From: Antedon mediterranea
Lineage: Eukaryota; Animalia; Echinodermata
Direction: 5' to 3'
Assembly (NCBI RefSeq): GCF_964355755.1
Contig: NC_092672.1
Coordinates: 6,386,001-6,450,000, forward strand
Length of the DNA stretch: 64,000 bases
This document shows, one piece after another, positions 43,301-54,218 of the stretch (position 1 is its first letter; each line of letters starts with the position of its first letter). The position numbers and the translations under genes are program-made. Under the pieces are notes generated by a model, which did no database searches, was not told where the DNA came from, and saw nothing but the letters and a program-made list of their open reading frames with translations.

Positions 43301-46300
43301 CCAAACTACGGTTCAAAAATCTGAACGACAGTCTTCAACTTTCGACAAACAATAATTGTTATAGCGACACACTCATCAAATGACTGCAATGTTTGTTGGC
43401 ATTTCGAGCGTGTTCACTCGACCTCACATGTCTCTCGAACATAGCAGAGTGAAAATAATATTTTGTCACCCTCCTGCGCCTAGATCCGGTAGACCCGAGA
43501 GATGGAAAATCCCTCTTTACTATTTAGCAGGTAGCGGAATGATTCAGCCCTCAGCTCAGAGGATTGTGGTGCATTCCCCTCCTATAGCACGTGGTTTCAG
43601 CAGCAACGCACAGACTTCTCTCTGAGCGGCGTGCCAAAGACATTTTTGACATTCCATTCTCTAGGAACAACACGTGTACCTCTCTCGCAAATAAGGTGAA
43701 CAGCGATTGCCAGGACAAGTTCAATAACTGGCGGTGAATAAAAGGTAACTGATATGCCGATCCAATAACATGCCGCAAAGAAAAAAATTGCGACAGAATT
43801 CTGGAGCGCGTGTGAAAAAAGACTTACGTCCGACAATTGTAATACTAGGCCTAAAATTAAACTTTAGCTAATATGCTTAGCCCTAACCTAGATAAGAGGC
43901 CTATGTAGAAAATAATTTAATCAATTTTGATAAAATAATAATTGGTGTAATATTTAATAATGATACACTATTCCTGTTTTAGTAAGCTAGGTATATTACG
44001 AACGATTTTTATTTATTGTCGTCCATGTACGTACTAATAAACCTGGCGCTAGTTTCCGATCGTTTGTATTTTTACTCCAAATTTGATAACTAACTTTATC
44101 GTGTGAATACCACACCTTAGAAGTATACCTCATGAGTACTTTAATGAAAGAATCACATAAAAAGTAACAAATAAATCCTTAAATTAATGATTTTACAGGC
44201 GTGTTTCTCGCACACTGTTCGCGAATTTCACTTATTCAATGTTCAATATTTTTGTTTCTATGGAGCGCCAAAAGAGCAACGATAATAGAGGACTAAAACT
44301 CAGTGGAATGCGTCAATTTCTCATGCATTTATTGGTGAAAAACACGTTTTATTTCAATATATTTGTTAATTTGTCAATAAAAATGTTGTAATATGTTACT
44401 GCTGATACTGTTCTGTTTTCAAAGAATAATAATCGATCCTAAATCAACATCACTACCTAGTCTAGACCTAGGACATCCTACTAAGGATATTATGATGAAT
44501 TTTTCTATTTTATTCTTTAAAAGGTTAACGAAACCGTGTACATTATCAACAGTAACATTTTTCCTTACTGACAGTGACAAAATCTATTGAAATTGTACTT
44601 GATTTTCACCAAATAATGCGTTAAATATAAATGGATTCCACAGAGTTTTTAGCCCTCTAATTAATTTTGCTCTTTTGGCGTTCCATAGAAACCAAAATAT
44701 TGAACATTGAGTGTGCGAAATGCGAGAAAAACAACGTCTGTAAAATCACCAATTTAATGGATTTATTGTTACTTTTATGTGATTTTTCTTCATTAAAGTA
44801 GGCCTACTAATTCTAAGCTGTGGTATTCAGGATAAAGTTGGTTAAAATACAAGGCAGGTGCAAAAGGAAACTAGCTTAGCGGGCCTAGGCCTAGAAACTA
44901 CTTCAATTTCGGTGATTTCCTGCCTTGCAATTTTGAGAAATGATAAAATGATGCCTCGCATTTTTTGATGATGGTAAAACGATGCCTCGCATAAATTTCT
45001 GACTTGCCTCGCATGCCTTCCCTGCCTCGCGTGCCTCGCTGCCTCGCACTTTGTTACTACCCAAAAATAGAGGTGCCGCATCAACAAAAAGACCAACCAA
45101 AGAAACATCAGCCCACAGACGGTTCTCGAATACACAGTAATTTCAGCGTAAAAAAAAATTACATAACTGAAATTAAATTAGGTGGTTAAAATCAGCACTG
45201 AAAGTACGAACCAACTTTATATACCATTGAGTAAACATTTTAGAAGTAATGCGCGATTTACCAAATTTTTCCCTTACGTAAATTTATATAGATTATATGT
45301 TTTAATGATTGAACAAGAGTGTTAATGTGAAGTATATCCAAATGTATTCTCAATGATTTTACTGTAAATGACTATTAATAGTATATTTTAGCAGTTTGTT
45401 GTGTGCAGTAGTAATTACAGTTGTCACACTTTAAAAATAATGTAGTAGTTCTTGTTGACTTATTTAAGTGAACTTTTTGGTGTCTCTGTTACACGTGAAA
45501 ACTTCAATTTTTTATTGCATGAATTATATTGTTTTATTGATTAAAAGATAGTATTTGATATACTATTTTTACCAGTTTATCAATTGTATGCAGTAGTAAC
45601 CACATTTGTTACACTTTAAAAATGGCTGCATATCAAACCATTTCATAAAACATTGTGACGAGTTAAAGTGAACATTTGGTGTCTCCGTTACACGTGAAAT
45701 CTTCCATTTATATTTCATGAACCATATTGTTTTATTTCCACATAGAGGTATGATCCTGATTTGACTTGTTGCTAGTAAATGTATATACTTGAGGTATATT
45801 CTGTTCATTTCTGTATTGTTTACATGTAATTTTTAAACAGCAGTGACTTTACAAATCTTTTATATAGAAATTAAGTCAACTTTAACGGCTTTGCATAATT
45901 ATGTCATAAGCTATTTTTTAAATTTGAAAAGGTGTGATTTAAATAATATTTTTCTGCATTGAAGATGTTCCCAAAAGCTATTTAAAAAATCCAATTTAAA
46001 CAATTTTAGGTTATTAATAATAAGTTATAAGAGGGGTAGATAATGTGATTTTGGTGTCTCCGTTACACGTGAAATTTGCTATGCATGTTGATACTATATA
46101 AATGCTGTTACATAGAGACAACAGATTTAATGTGTATTTTGCTTTTTTTTTTAGTTCAAGTACATGATATACTATTTAGAATTGATTATTAGACTTAGAA
46201 TGTCACACTTTGAAATTCTGACCCTAATGTCACACCTTGGCCCCTTTATTTATGGAAACACCCATAATCATTAATATTAGTAATAGTTGCCTAGTTGAAT

Positions 46301-49300
46301 CTACTATATTTACATGTGTAGTAGACTAAATAGAATGACTATCCAGGAAATAGATTGTTTCCCAAACCAAATTGAATGTCTGATTTACTTTCCAATTATC
46401 GTCATCGTCGTCGTCGCAAGAAGCCATCCATATGATGTGAACATTGTCAATAATACAAACCCACCACCTTTTAAGTAAATTGCTTGAGCAGTTTATTGGA
46501 AGCAAGGGTTACAATAGTATTACTACGGTAATCATCAGTAATTATCAGCAAACACAATCACATGTCTGTCTGGACTTTATCAGAATCAACGAGACAAATC
46601 AACTCCCAAAAAGGTTCATGTGTTAATATGTCAATAGTGTGACTTGAATTATCATTTTCTTGTTGCTAGCCCACTGGACTACTCTAGTTTAATAGACCAC
46701 ATGCTATTGTACTAGCCCACATGCTATTGTACTCAACATGTTTAAACTACTAATCTTATCATATACAGTATCTCTGAAGATTATATGTTAAGATTTGTTC
46801 ACTAGACTTTAGGGCAACAGATGAGATTAAATACACTATTGGTATTACATTATGTAAGCTAGTCCAGAGCATTTTTAAATAAACATTTTTTCTGCTGAAT
46901 CATACTACAGTAACAGAGTCCTGGTTTATCACTTCAATGATAATACTACACTACAGTATGTTAATTGTATACACCAATATTATAAATGCTCTCAAGCACA
47001 ATATCCATTATGATCCAACAGCCAATTAGGTATTTACTGTATTTACAGTTATACTGATAGTATAATAATATAAATATGGGTTATGGAATAATAACCACTA
47101 AGGCGAAGATAGAGGAAAGCACACAATAAATGAAGAGGACTAAAAGAACTTGGCTGTATGTAGAAAATCAATCTGATTACAAATACTGTATCTAAAATAC
47201 TTGGCCCAGGTCTAGACAAAAAAGTGTTCTCTGTGCTCCCTGGGCACAAAGTGCATTGGCAGAGCTACATTTACACTTAATAAGTTTCAGTTTCACATGC
47301 AATGTTTATATTTTTTGTACACATTGGTAACGAACGAACAAAGAGCATTCACTTACGAAATAAGCAAGCAATCTTAAACTTTAATAATAAATCGATAACC
47401 AACTAGATATAAAACAAAATGTATATAATGTTATTCATCAGAAGTGAAACTTCAGTCTAGTCTTTTATAGTAGATTTAGTTTTTTTTTCTTTACTTTTCA
47501 AAAAGATTTCTTTTGGCAAGATTTCAAATTGCTTAACTATACAAATAGCTTGTCAATCTTAATATGTTAAATCTAACATTATGTTTGTCTACAAGAAATA
47601 TTACGACAGTCCACACACACGCACACTTTTATTATATCGCATTGATTGCATTAATCATCACAGAAATCCATGTGGGTATAGCTTCCACGTGCTGATGTTT
47701 TTATTTCACATGTTATGTGTGGGTCTAGCTGGTGTCTCTTTCTTTTCTAGGCCGGATTTCCTTTAGGCCTAGGCTTGTACTAAGTAGAGGATAAGTCTGG
47801 CATCGGTGATTTCTTCACCATAGTTTGATACCATTGATTGGGCCTCCAACTTCACCTTATTCCGAAACATCCGATATATTGCTATTATTATACTGTACAT
47901 GTTAAAAATTTCAACATTGTCTTACACAGCTCCAGCCATCATTTAATGTACAATATTATACTGGCCATTTTTCTTTCTTTTTCCGACTATTGGAGTAATC
48001 AATTATTAAATAATGGAAACAGAAGTGTTGTATACTGTTTAGTAGTAGATATTTTTAAACCAAACTGTTTCTCGATGATTTAGCATAATTCGCTTCACTG
48101 AAATGTCATGGCTTGCAAGTGTGATAATCTATGGTGGTTCCCGTTAATTAGATGCTTGATGGTCTAAATCATTTGCCGATGTCAATGAACTATTATTCCA
48201 CGATACTATTGTACACGGAATAAAGATGCTACTTACTATAATGTAACAACATTTTACTTCATTATTTTGCAGATGTTTGTATACTTCAAGGGGTGGGCGT
48301 GTAATCTACAGTACAATCATGGAGGTATAAACAATTAAAAACTGTATTTGCAGTTTTTATAGTCGTATTGTCATTGATGTGACATGAACTACTGCGCAAG
48401 CTCCAGTCGGTGTAGAGGGCATTGTTTTTTTTACGGTAATCAAGCATACAGTAGTGCATGTGCAGAAAGCGACGCTAGGGGCGATGATACTGTAGGTGTC
48501 AACCGCATAATTTTTTACTTAAAATAGACTATGTATTTGTTACAAAATAATGTATTAAGGCACCTAGATCTTCAAATTAATTGGTAGGCCTATACCCGAG
48601 TGCATTATTTTGCATGAAAATGAGTCAGGGCTGGGCTTATACCCGAGTCAGGGCTGGGCTTATACCCGAGTCAGGGCTGGGCTTATACCCGCGTATGAGC
48701 TTATACCCACCTTAGTACGGTACTTATAAAGTTGTAAGATCCTTGCCTTTAAAGTTAATTTTCATGCATATGTAGGTGTTGACATCTTGGTTGGTGCTAA
48801 GTTGGGTGTGGTCTTATGGTTTAAACAAATGACCAGTGCGATTGAGACTTCAAACTTAGAATATTTAATGCCAATTACAGTATATGAAACCACCTCTCTC
48901 GCACCTTGTTTTTGCTGTCGACTTTGACAGAACAACAACAATGTACTGTACATGTGTAGTTAATAGTTAATTTGACCACACCTACTTTACATCTTGGTTG
49001 GTGCCGAGGTGGGTGTGGTCTTGTGGTTTAAATTTCAATATTGATTTTGATGTAGCTTCTTGCTATTGTTCTCCAGCAACAGTATTCATTGAACCCTCTC
49101 TTTTTTTACAATGGCATTGTTTACACTGTAAAATTACTGTAGTCAGCAATTATGTTGCACAAAATCGATGATGGTACATTAGCCTTGCTTGAGTTCAATT
49201 AACCATAGGTCAAAAAGAATTACGAGAACAAACTGTCTCTAGAATCATTACTAATCTTATTGTAAAATTAATAAGTTGTGTCGATGAGCAGCAGGTACAG

Positions 49301-52300
49301 TTCATATTATTTAAAGATACAGGAAATTACTGTTAGAAAAAAAGGGGTTGCGGTAATTGAGTGGTTAGGGAACTATATCATGACACAAATACCTGGGTGC
49401 AACTTTTGATATAAACAACTCCCAGGTGAAAAATAATAGGAAGGAAAACGCGGCATATGAAAAGGAACTGACCATCCCGACAGAATTACACAGGCTACAG
49501 TAAGCACAATATGATCATTCCCCATGTTCAGAAAGGATCACCTAAACCTACAACAATCCATACTCTTGAAGTAAAAACAACATTTAGCAGCCAAGAATAA
49601 TATAAATGTTTATTCATAATCCTACACATGCCCTATGCATGTATAGGATGCATGTTATTGAAGCAGTTGTTGGTCCAATGACCTAATACAATAGAATGGA
49701 ACTTTACAATACATGTCTGGAAGTTGACCCTCACAAAGTTACATTGAATGAAATAAGGATGCACAGAAAGACTTTTCTTTATTGAACCATGTTTCATGTA
49801 TTATACATTGTCGGGGCCCTCATGATACAAGCCTCTAGTGCGGGCCCCAGTTATTATTGTTCTATAACTGAATAAATGTGTATGAACGACTGAGGGTAGC
49901 CCATCGAGCAAAGCTTATCATTGGGGCCTGCAATGTTTCATGTATTATGTACATTGTAGGGGCCTTCATGATACAAGCATTTACTTCTAGTGCGGGCCCC
50001 AGTTATTATTGCAATAAATGTGTATGAACGACTGAGGGTAGCCCATCGAGCAAAGCTGATCATTGGGGCCATGAAAACTTAATTTGAACAACGTCAAAAA
50101 ACATAACAAACTTACCATGCCTGTTTTTTTCCTCAAATAGATCTGTATTAAGTGCTAAGTAGCGTTCCTCGTCACATAATGTTTCTATTCTTAACTCTTC
50201 CTCTGACATTTTTTGTGTTCGATTCCATGAATTATTATCAAACTCTGAAAGGTCGTGGAGGTGACCTCGTCCATCATATCTGTGGGGAAAGAAAAAGTTT
50301 TGAAAAATATAAATTTGACATTAACTTTACGTAGTACTTGAATTTGGGCTAGAGCTACAATAAGATACAGTAGTTTCCAACTTGAACACTGAATTATATT
50401 TAACAAAAAATTAAGTAGTGAAAATTCAGATTTTAACTTTAAAGGCCATTTTATACAGACGAGCGGTAACGGTAAGCGGTAAAGTTGAGCGGAAAACGCA
50501 AAAATAGAATCTATGTTATTTCTTATGACCATTTACACAGAACGCGAAGCGGACGAGCGGTTGAGCGGAAATCTGCTCAGGATCGAAACAGATTCGATTT
50601 TGTGAAAATACCGCTTGGTAATTATGGATTCTGGCCAACCAACGACATCATTGAAATGATGTCATCTGTCAACAACTTTTTTTTGCGTCCGTCGAGTCAA
50701 AGACGACAAATAATACGAGTGCCGTAGTAGGCCTAGCCTAGTTTTGCAACTTCTTTTTATTCAGAAATACAAACACCTACGACGTGACTAATTGTTCGTA
50801 TAAGGATAGTGAAAAGAAAATATACATTTTAGTACGTTATTAGGCAACAAGTCCCTCTAAAACTTAGGCCTGTGTGTGCTAGGCCTACTGACAGTCAGTC
50901 ACATCCAGGCCAGCAGTGACTGTAACATGCATTAGCCTCGAGGCCTACATGCACCTACTTTCCACCACTTTGTTCGCGAACTCCGTGCGCTGTGTAAATG
51001 GGAAAAGCCACGCGGTTTTTCGCTTACAATTACCGCTTACCGCGTCTGTGTAAATTGGCCTTAAGAATTACAATCTGATATATTTTTGCTATATACTTCA
51101 AATATTACAAAAAATTGTACAACGAAGTATGATTGAACTTTGACCTTCATGGTAATAATTAGATAACGTTGACTATTCAGAAAATTTGTAATGAAAATTG
51201 GGGAAATGTATCACTTTGCTTCTACATAATACTTTTAGGCTAGTCATAAAAGCTTAGCGGAAACTCTGTGTCAAGCAACGCATGGCGACCAAGGTTTGTT
51301 TAGCAATATTGCTAATCATATGAAATTTGAATCTAGAAACATACTTTCGTATTGTATTTTTTTTTAAAATATGGCTTTGCAGTGATGTTATTTATTTACA
51401 TTTAAAATTTGGTGAGTAGGTAGGAAGTACTGTATTTACAGTACCAGGGTCCAATGCCATTTGGCAGTCCTTGAAAACCAAAGAGACCACTTGTGGTGAA
51501 GAAGGTTTAACTGTATCCTCGCAAAAAAGCTATTTTTGCTGACTGAGGGACACGAAGGATCAGATGGTAAGTAAAATTATGCTATTCTCATGCTAGAACC
51601 AATCCTGCACCTTATATTAATATATAGGTCATGTTCCTTGTCAAGAAGCTGCAGCCATCTTTAAGATACGAAACACTACTACTGTACTACTACTACCTTT
51701 ATACTGTACTACCACCTTATTTTTAAACCTGAGCACAAATTTCTGCTGCCATCAAAGTTAAGCTCTGTCTACACTATCAAACTAGTTGACAAAAAAGGTG
51801 TGATATACCCAAATATGGTAGTGATATGACATCATCATGTCCATATACTGTATGGGCACATAAAGTTTGATAGTGTCGTGTACATCATGCTATCTAAAAA
51901 CTCTTTACATACACTTCAGTACAGTAACTATACTGTGAGCACAAGTGTAAACAATATCTACATACAGATAACAGGAAATCAGCCCACACTTTATGTATTT
52001 GTATGTTGCACAAATTTATTTCAAACCAAAGAAACCTATAGTATTTATTAAACAACAGAAATCTGGCAATGCTAACATAAACAATGTCTAGTCAAGTAGG
52101 ATTTACTATTTGGCACCTGTCAGAGGTCAAGCAATCCATGTTGGATGGTCACAAGTTTCAAAGTAGACATACTTCACTGTGACTGGCCACTAGCCAACTG
52201 ACCATGTCTGCAGGATTTGTGCACAGAAGATCTTGGAAGCAATCCACCATGGATTGATGCCAAATTATCATTATTTACCTGTCTTAAGTTTACCAGTGAC

Positions 52301-53162
52301 TGAACCCTCAGACAAATATAAAAATTATGATTAGGAGGGTTAAATATAGTCTTAGACATATTAATGAATCATTTCAAGCTGGATATTGGGATAGTTGAAG
52401 AGGATGTTGGAAATTAGTTTAGCGAAAGTTGTAATGTAACCATGATCGCATTTCACGACACAAACCAGATTTAAAGAAAGGCCTAATTAAAGTAAAATTA
52501 TTATGATGTAAAATTAAAAACATTAAATGTTAGATCAGTTTAATTTTTACAATAGTTGAAAAACTTTGGAAGAACAATAAAAGAAAACAGCTGCAACCTG
52601 GCCCAACAATTCACAATACATCAAAGTGCACCAATCCAATCTGGTTATGTAATGAACTTTCAATGACCTTTCATTGTGCCAACACAGGCAGTTTATGAAA
52701 ACCAAAACAAACCATTAATGTACGTTATTAATGTAATATTAAAAACAATTATGAAGTTTTACCAGGTAATATTTGTTTTAATACTTATGATGTATATAAA
52801 TCAGTAAACATTTTAGAAAACAAACAATTCCATATGTTTTAAATCCAGAAATATCTAACGGAAAATTCCACCACAAGTCTAGCCTGCGTGTATACCGACC
52901 TGTCTATTTGAAAATGTTTGTCTCCCATCCAAGGTAAGAGATGTTCTCCCCGGTCGATTTCCATGGCTTTCTTGTCATCTTTGAACAATTTAGCAGCATA
53001 TCCAAAAACAAATAGTTCATCTTCTTCTTCTTCACGGGCTTTTTCTTTTTCTCGCTGTTTTTGGTCGTAAATTTGAACCCTTTTTAATTTCGCTTTTCTG
53101 CTAATCAGCGCCATTTCTGTGACCGGTGGTCTGTTATATTTTTTGTCGATATCTTGAAACAT
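10395..53162 (-). CDS. SFSWAP: Splicing factor SWAP (suppressor of white-apricot homolog), ~960 aa. Coding exons: 52900-53162, 50116-50279, 28895-29026, 24684-24808, 22907-23147, 21842-21984, 21274-21496, 20921-21134, 17246-17490, 16348-16614, 14862-15023, 14300-14534, 11835-11951, 11210-11446, 10956-11001, 10395-10463
   Basis: All 15 introns are GT-AG with compatible phases (total 2883 nt). N-terminal DRY_EERY domain ([37 protein letters not shown]), SURP1 ([23 protein letters not shown]), YLHPSL motif, Pro-rich region, SURP2 ([26 protein letters not shown]), [12 protein letters not shown], an SR/SP-rich region and C-terminal KIRAMLAM. Confidence 0.93.
10814..10919. mobile_element. Palindromic MITE (CAGTATCATAGG...CCTATGATACTG); longer copy at 19718-19932
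   Basis: Near-perfect ~40-bp inverted arms. The second copy has the same termini plus internal duplicated TGATACAG..TCACATGTG units. No clear TSD. Confidence 0.65.
14058..14185 (+). mobile_element. tRNA-derived SINE fragment
   Basis: A-box-like TGGCACAATGG and B-box-like AGTTCAATACC followed by a GTGTTTGTGACCTT core; no complete cloverleaf. Confidence 0.5.
16934..17199. repeat. Purine-rich 22-bp minisatellite (GGAGAGAGATGGAGGGGAGG[G/A]A)x~12
   Basis: Direct tandem array in SFSWAP intron 9; it explains several low-complexity ORFs. Confidence 0.95.
17901..18286. mobile_element. Unclassified short element with 44-bp inverted ends, flanked by a 74-bp direct duplication
   Basis: TCGTGAGGTAATTTCCCAATTGATCGTAATCAAAACGGTACTGG at 17901 is inverted at 18243-18286. 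Flanks 17827-17900 and 18287-18360 match at 71/74 positions. Second copy at 59061-59218. Confidence 0.75.
20567..20760 (+). mobile_element. tRNA-derived SINE (more decayed copy at ~49345-49500)
   Basis: A-box TAGTCGAGTGG, B-box GGTTCAATTCC, central CCACTCAACTGTAAATGAGTA core, and a GCGGCAT..GAAAGGAACTG..CATCC block shared with the second copy. Confidence 0.65.
22735..22860 (-). mobile_element. RTE-clade LINE C-terminal remnant
   Basis: Broken translation [12 protein letters not shown]...[16 protein letters not shown] resembles the RTE ORF end. Confidence 0.45.
24393..24632. mobile_element. PIF/Harbinger-like MITE (related copy at ~22074-22266)
   Basis: TIR AGGCCAACTCAGACAG / CTGTCTGAGTTGGCCT; internal GAAC.TTAAACATGTTT block shared with the 22074 copy. 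Confidence 0.65.
26161..26848. mobile_element. pogo/Tc2-type (Tc1-mariner) non-autonomous element
   Basis: Perfect 25-bp TIR CCGTACTGACGCGGGTATAAGCCCA, TA TSD, subterminal GGGCTTATACCC repeats. Partial copies at ~32528-32582 and ~48565-48720. Confidence 0.85.
27661..27820 (-). mobile_element. CR1/L2-group LINE C-terminal remnant bounded by strong splice sites
   Basis: Frameshifted [14 protein letters not shown] motif typical of the CR1-group ORF2 end; flanked by ttttttgtAG and ACA|GTAAGT. Confidence 0.5.
31187..31810. repeat. Diverging ~120-175-bp tandem repeat, ~5 copies
   Basis: Unit start (GGG)TAGTGGAAA.GTGATTAATTTTGTGAG.AATA at ~31187, 31331, 31501, 31677, 31793. Confidence 0.75.
35311..35650. 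repeat. ~150-bp local duplication (period ~195 bp)
   Basis: ACAGCTTCACTTTGT.ATCCGATGCAGATA...GATACCTTGTTTATTAAATCACAAATATAATTCTAAAG occurs at ~35311 and ~35505. Confidence 0.8.
37933..38787. mobile_element. pogo/Tc2-type (Tc1-mariner) non-autonomous element, second family
   Basis: Perfect 27-bp TIR CCGTATATTTCGGTGTATAAGTCGCAC, TA TSD, subterminal TGTATAAGACGCACC repeats, CpG-rich interior, no transposase ORF. Confidence 0.85.
39681..39799 (-). mobile_element. Helentron-associated (HINE/DINE-1-like) mini element
   Basis: Minus strand reads TTTTTAGTCGCGTGCAAC..., then a (GGTC)n microsatellite, and ends GGCCTTGTTT. Confidence 0.55.
41809..42245. repeat. ~140-bp tandem repeat x3 inside the 6.4-kb element
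   Basis: CACGTGCTTGG...CTCCACATTG.GAT...GTTTATTTTTAGCTG units at ~41809, 41946 and 42087. Confidence 0.75.
42999..45062. mobile_element. Mutator/MULE-like non-autonomous element nested in the 6.4-kb element
   Basis: Exact 9-bp TSD AAAAATAGA (42990-42998 / 45063-45071); G-starting TIRs GAGTGTTGACAAAGTGCGAGGC / GGGTAGTAACAAAGTGCGAGGC with arrays of GCGAGGCA units. Confidence 0.8.
44087..44845. mobile_element. Foldback-type element with ~250-bp inverted arms nested in the MULE-like element
   Basis: ~44087-44340 is the imperfect reverse complement of ~44603-44845 (e.g. AACTTTATC..GAATACCAC, TCAATGTTCAATATTTT, CTATGGA.CGCCAAAAGAGCAA). Confidence 0.7.
47780..48720 (-). pseudogene. Highly decayed pogo-type element with possible transposase remnant
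   Basis: Terminus at 48720 matches the 26161 family. The minus strand near 48090-48125 gives a frameshifted LQ..DISV motif resembling pogo LQPLDVSVN. Confidence 0.35.
49789..50073. repeat. Tandem duplication (~143 bp x2) of two opposed LINE-like 3' tails
   Basis: Each unit has a GGGGCC..hairpin..GGGCCCC plus AATAAA, followed by the reverse of GGCCCCAATGAT.AGCTTTGCTCGATGGGCTACCCTC. Confidence 0.65.
50443..51061. mobile_element. PIF/Harbinger non-autonomous element
   Basis: TIR AGGCCA(T/A)TT(T)A(T/C)ACAGACG(A/C)GGTAA-like at both ends, with an exact 3-bp TSD TAA. Confidence 0.8.
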
Positions 53163-53230
53163 TCGCGGCGGTGGCGCTCTGCTGACGCTGAAACAAAGTG
53201 AGCCACCAATCGGCGAGTGTGGACTGTTGT
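53163..53230 (-). promoter_or_regulatory. GC/CpG-rich SFSWAP 5'UTR/core promoter with CCAAT box
   Basis: CpG-rich patch directly upstream of the ATG, with CCAATC at ~53206, in otherwise very AT-rich DNA. Confidence 0.45.
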
Positions 53231-53595
53231 TATTTTCGATTTCACTAAAAACACCAACATTAAAATTGTTTATGTTCGTAATTTTTTGTACTCAATGTAA
53301 TGTTTGTCTTTGAATAAAAATATATTTTAAACCAGGAAGGTGTAACGTCAGATTTTTTTTTGTTCTATATTAATGTTCCTTCACTGGAAAAGTCACCCTC
53401 AAAGATGGTAATAATACATATCAAATGGAGGTTTTCATATTATTAAAAAATCATTTTTCATTGTTTTTATGGGTTGTCAAGTTATATTTATCTACCTGTT
53501 ATGAGAAGTGATCACTATTATTTGGAATGCCGTTTTTCCTAAGAATGTGTAGGGGTTGTACTCATGGAAAAATAAGTAAAAATGCAGAAATAGGT

Positions 53596-53710
53596 AAAGA
53601 GTAGGGGATTGTCTCCCGGTCGGTGTGCTGATCTGGTAGGTATAGGCGCATAATCCGAATCTCCTCAGTTTCCAGTTAAGCTTGAGGACTAAGATATTAC
53701 CTTTACTTTT
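53596..53710 (+). mobile_element. SINE 3' fragment (related copy at ~28731-28845)
   Basis: Shared AAAGAGTAGG.GAT.GTC.CCCG and TTTCCAGTTAAGCTTGAGGAC blocks; TTACCTTTAC tail. Confidence 0.55.
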
Positions 53711-53991
53711 ATTTGCAATATAGTATATATATTTGTTCTTTCAGTCAAACTCTATTCAAAGAAAAATATTGGTAATATAAAATAAATGATAATAACAGTT
53801 TCGAAAGATTCTTTGGATAAATAAGATCGGTACAAAGTTCCACTAACGAATTTTCTAATGAATTAACCAAAGAACAGAAAGTTAAGAAGAAGGCCATACA
53901 AAAAAATAGACCTACTTTAGACTCAATGTCATGTTGCCTTACAAAGTCGCTTCTGTTGTAAATGTTTTAATTTTGATATTATTTTCATTGT

Positions 53992-54158
53992 TGGGGGTTA
54001 GCGCGAACGCAGTCCCCCGCTACCATAAATTTTACACCCGAGTTCCCTACATTTGAGGGAATCGCAACGGTCAACCACAGCGTAAATGTGCAATGCCATG
54101 GCCTCGCGCTGGGAGGACTTCCTTCTTGATCAAAGTCACTCCTGTGCCAGGTAAGTAT
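53992..54158 (-). ncRNA. U1: U1 spliceosomal snRNA (divergent variant)
   Basis: Minus strand: ATACTTACCTGG 5' end, SL1 loop GATCAAGAAG, SL2 loop ATTGCAC(ATTTAC), SL3 TTCCCT-CAAATGT-AGGGAA, Sm site AATTTATGG, SL4 GGGGGACTGCGTTCGCGCTAACCCCC. All stems, including helix H (GCAC/GTGT), can pair. Confidence 0.95.
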
Positions 54159-54199
54159 GCTTAACCGTACTCTCATATTACTATAAGTATGTAAAGACT

Positions 54200-54218
54200 C
54201 TATGTTACTCATTAGTGG
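54200..54218 (-). promoter_or_regulatory. Candidate snRNA proximal sequence element (PSE)
   Basis: CCACTAATGAGTAACATAG at about -60 to -42 of U1 loosely resembles the TCACC..(A/G)AGT.AAAG PSE consensus, at the expected distance. Confidence 0.35.

Larger units (their letters stand above)
39906..46263. mobile_element. 6.4-kb non-autonomous TIR element, Sola2-like termini, carrying nested insertions
   Basis: 26-bp TIR GGGTGTTTCCATAAAT(T/A)AAGGGGCCA with one mismatch; 4-bp TSD ATAA (39902-39905 / 46264-46267); repeated subterminal GTGTCTC..GTTAC motifs at both ends. Confidence 0.75.

Noticed and set aside
54148-54158. Perfect plus-strand 5' splice site CAGGTAAGTAT
   Set aside because: It is simply the reverse complement of the U1 5' end; no plus-strand exon evidence.
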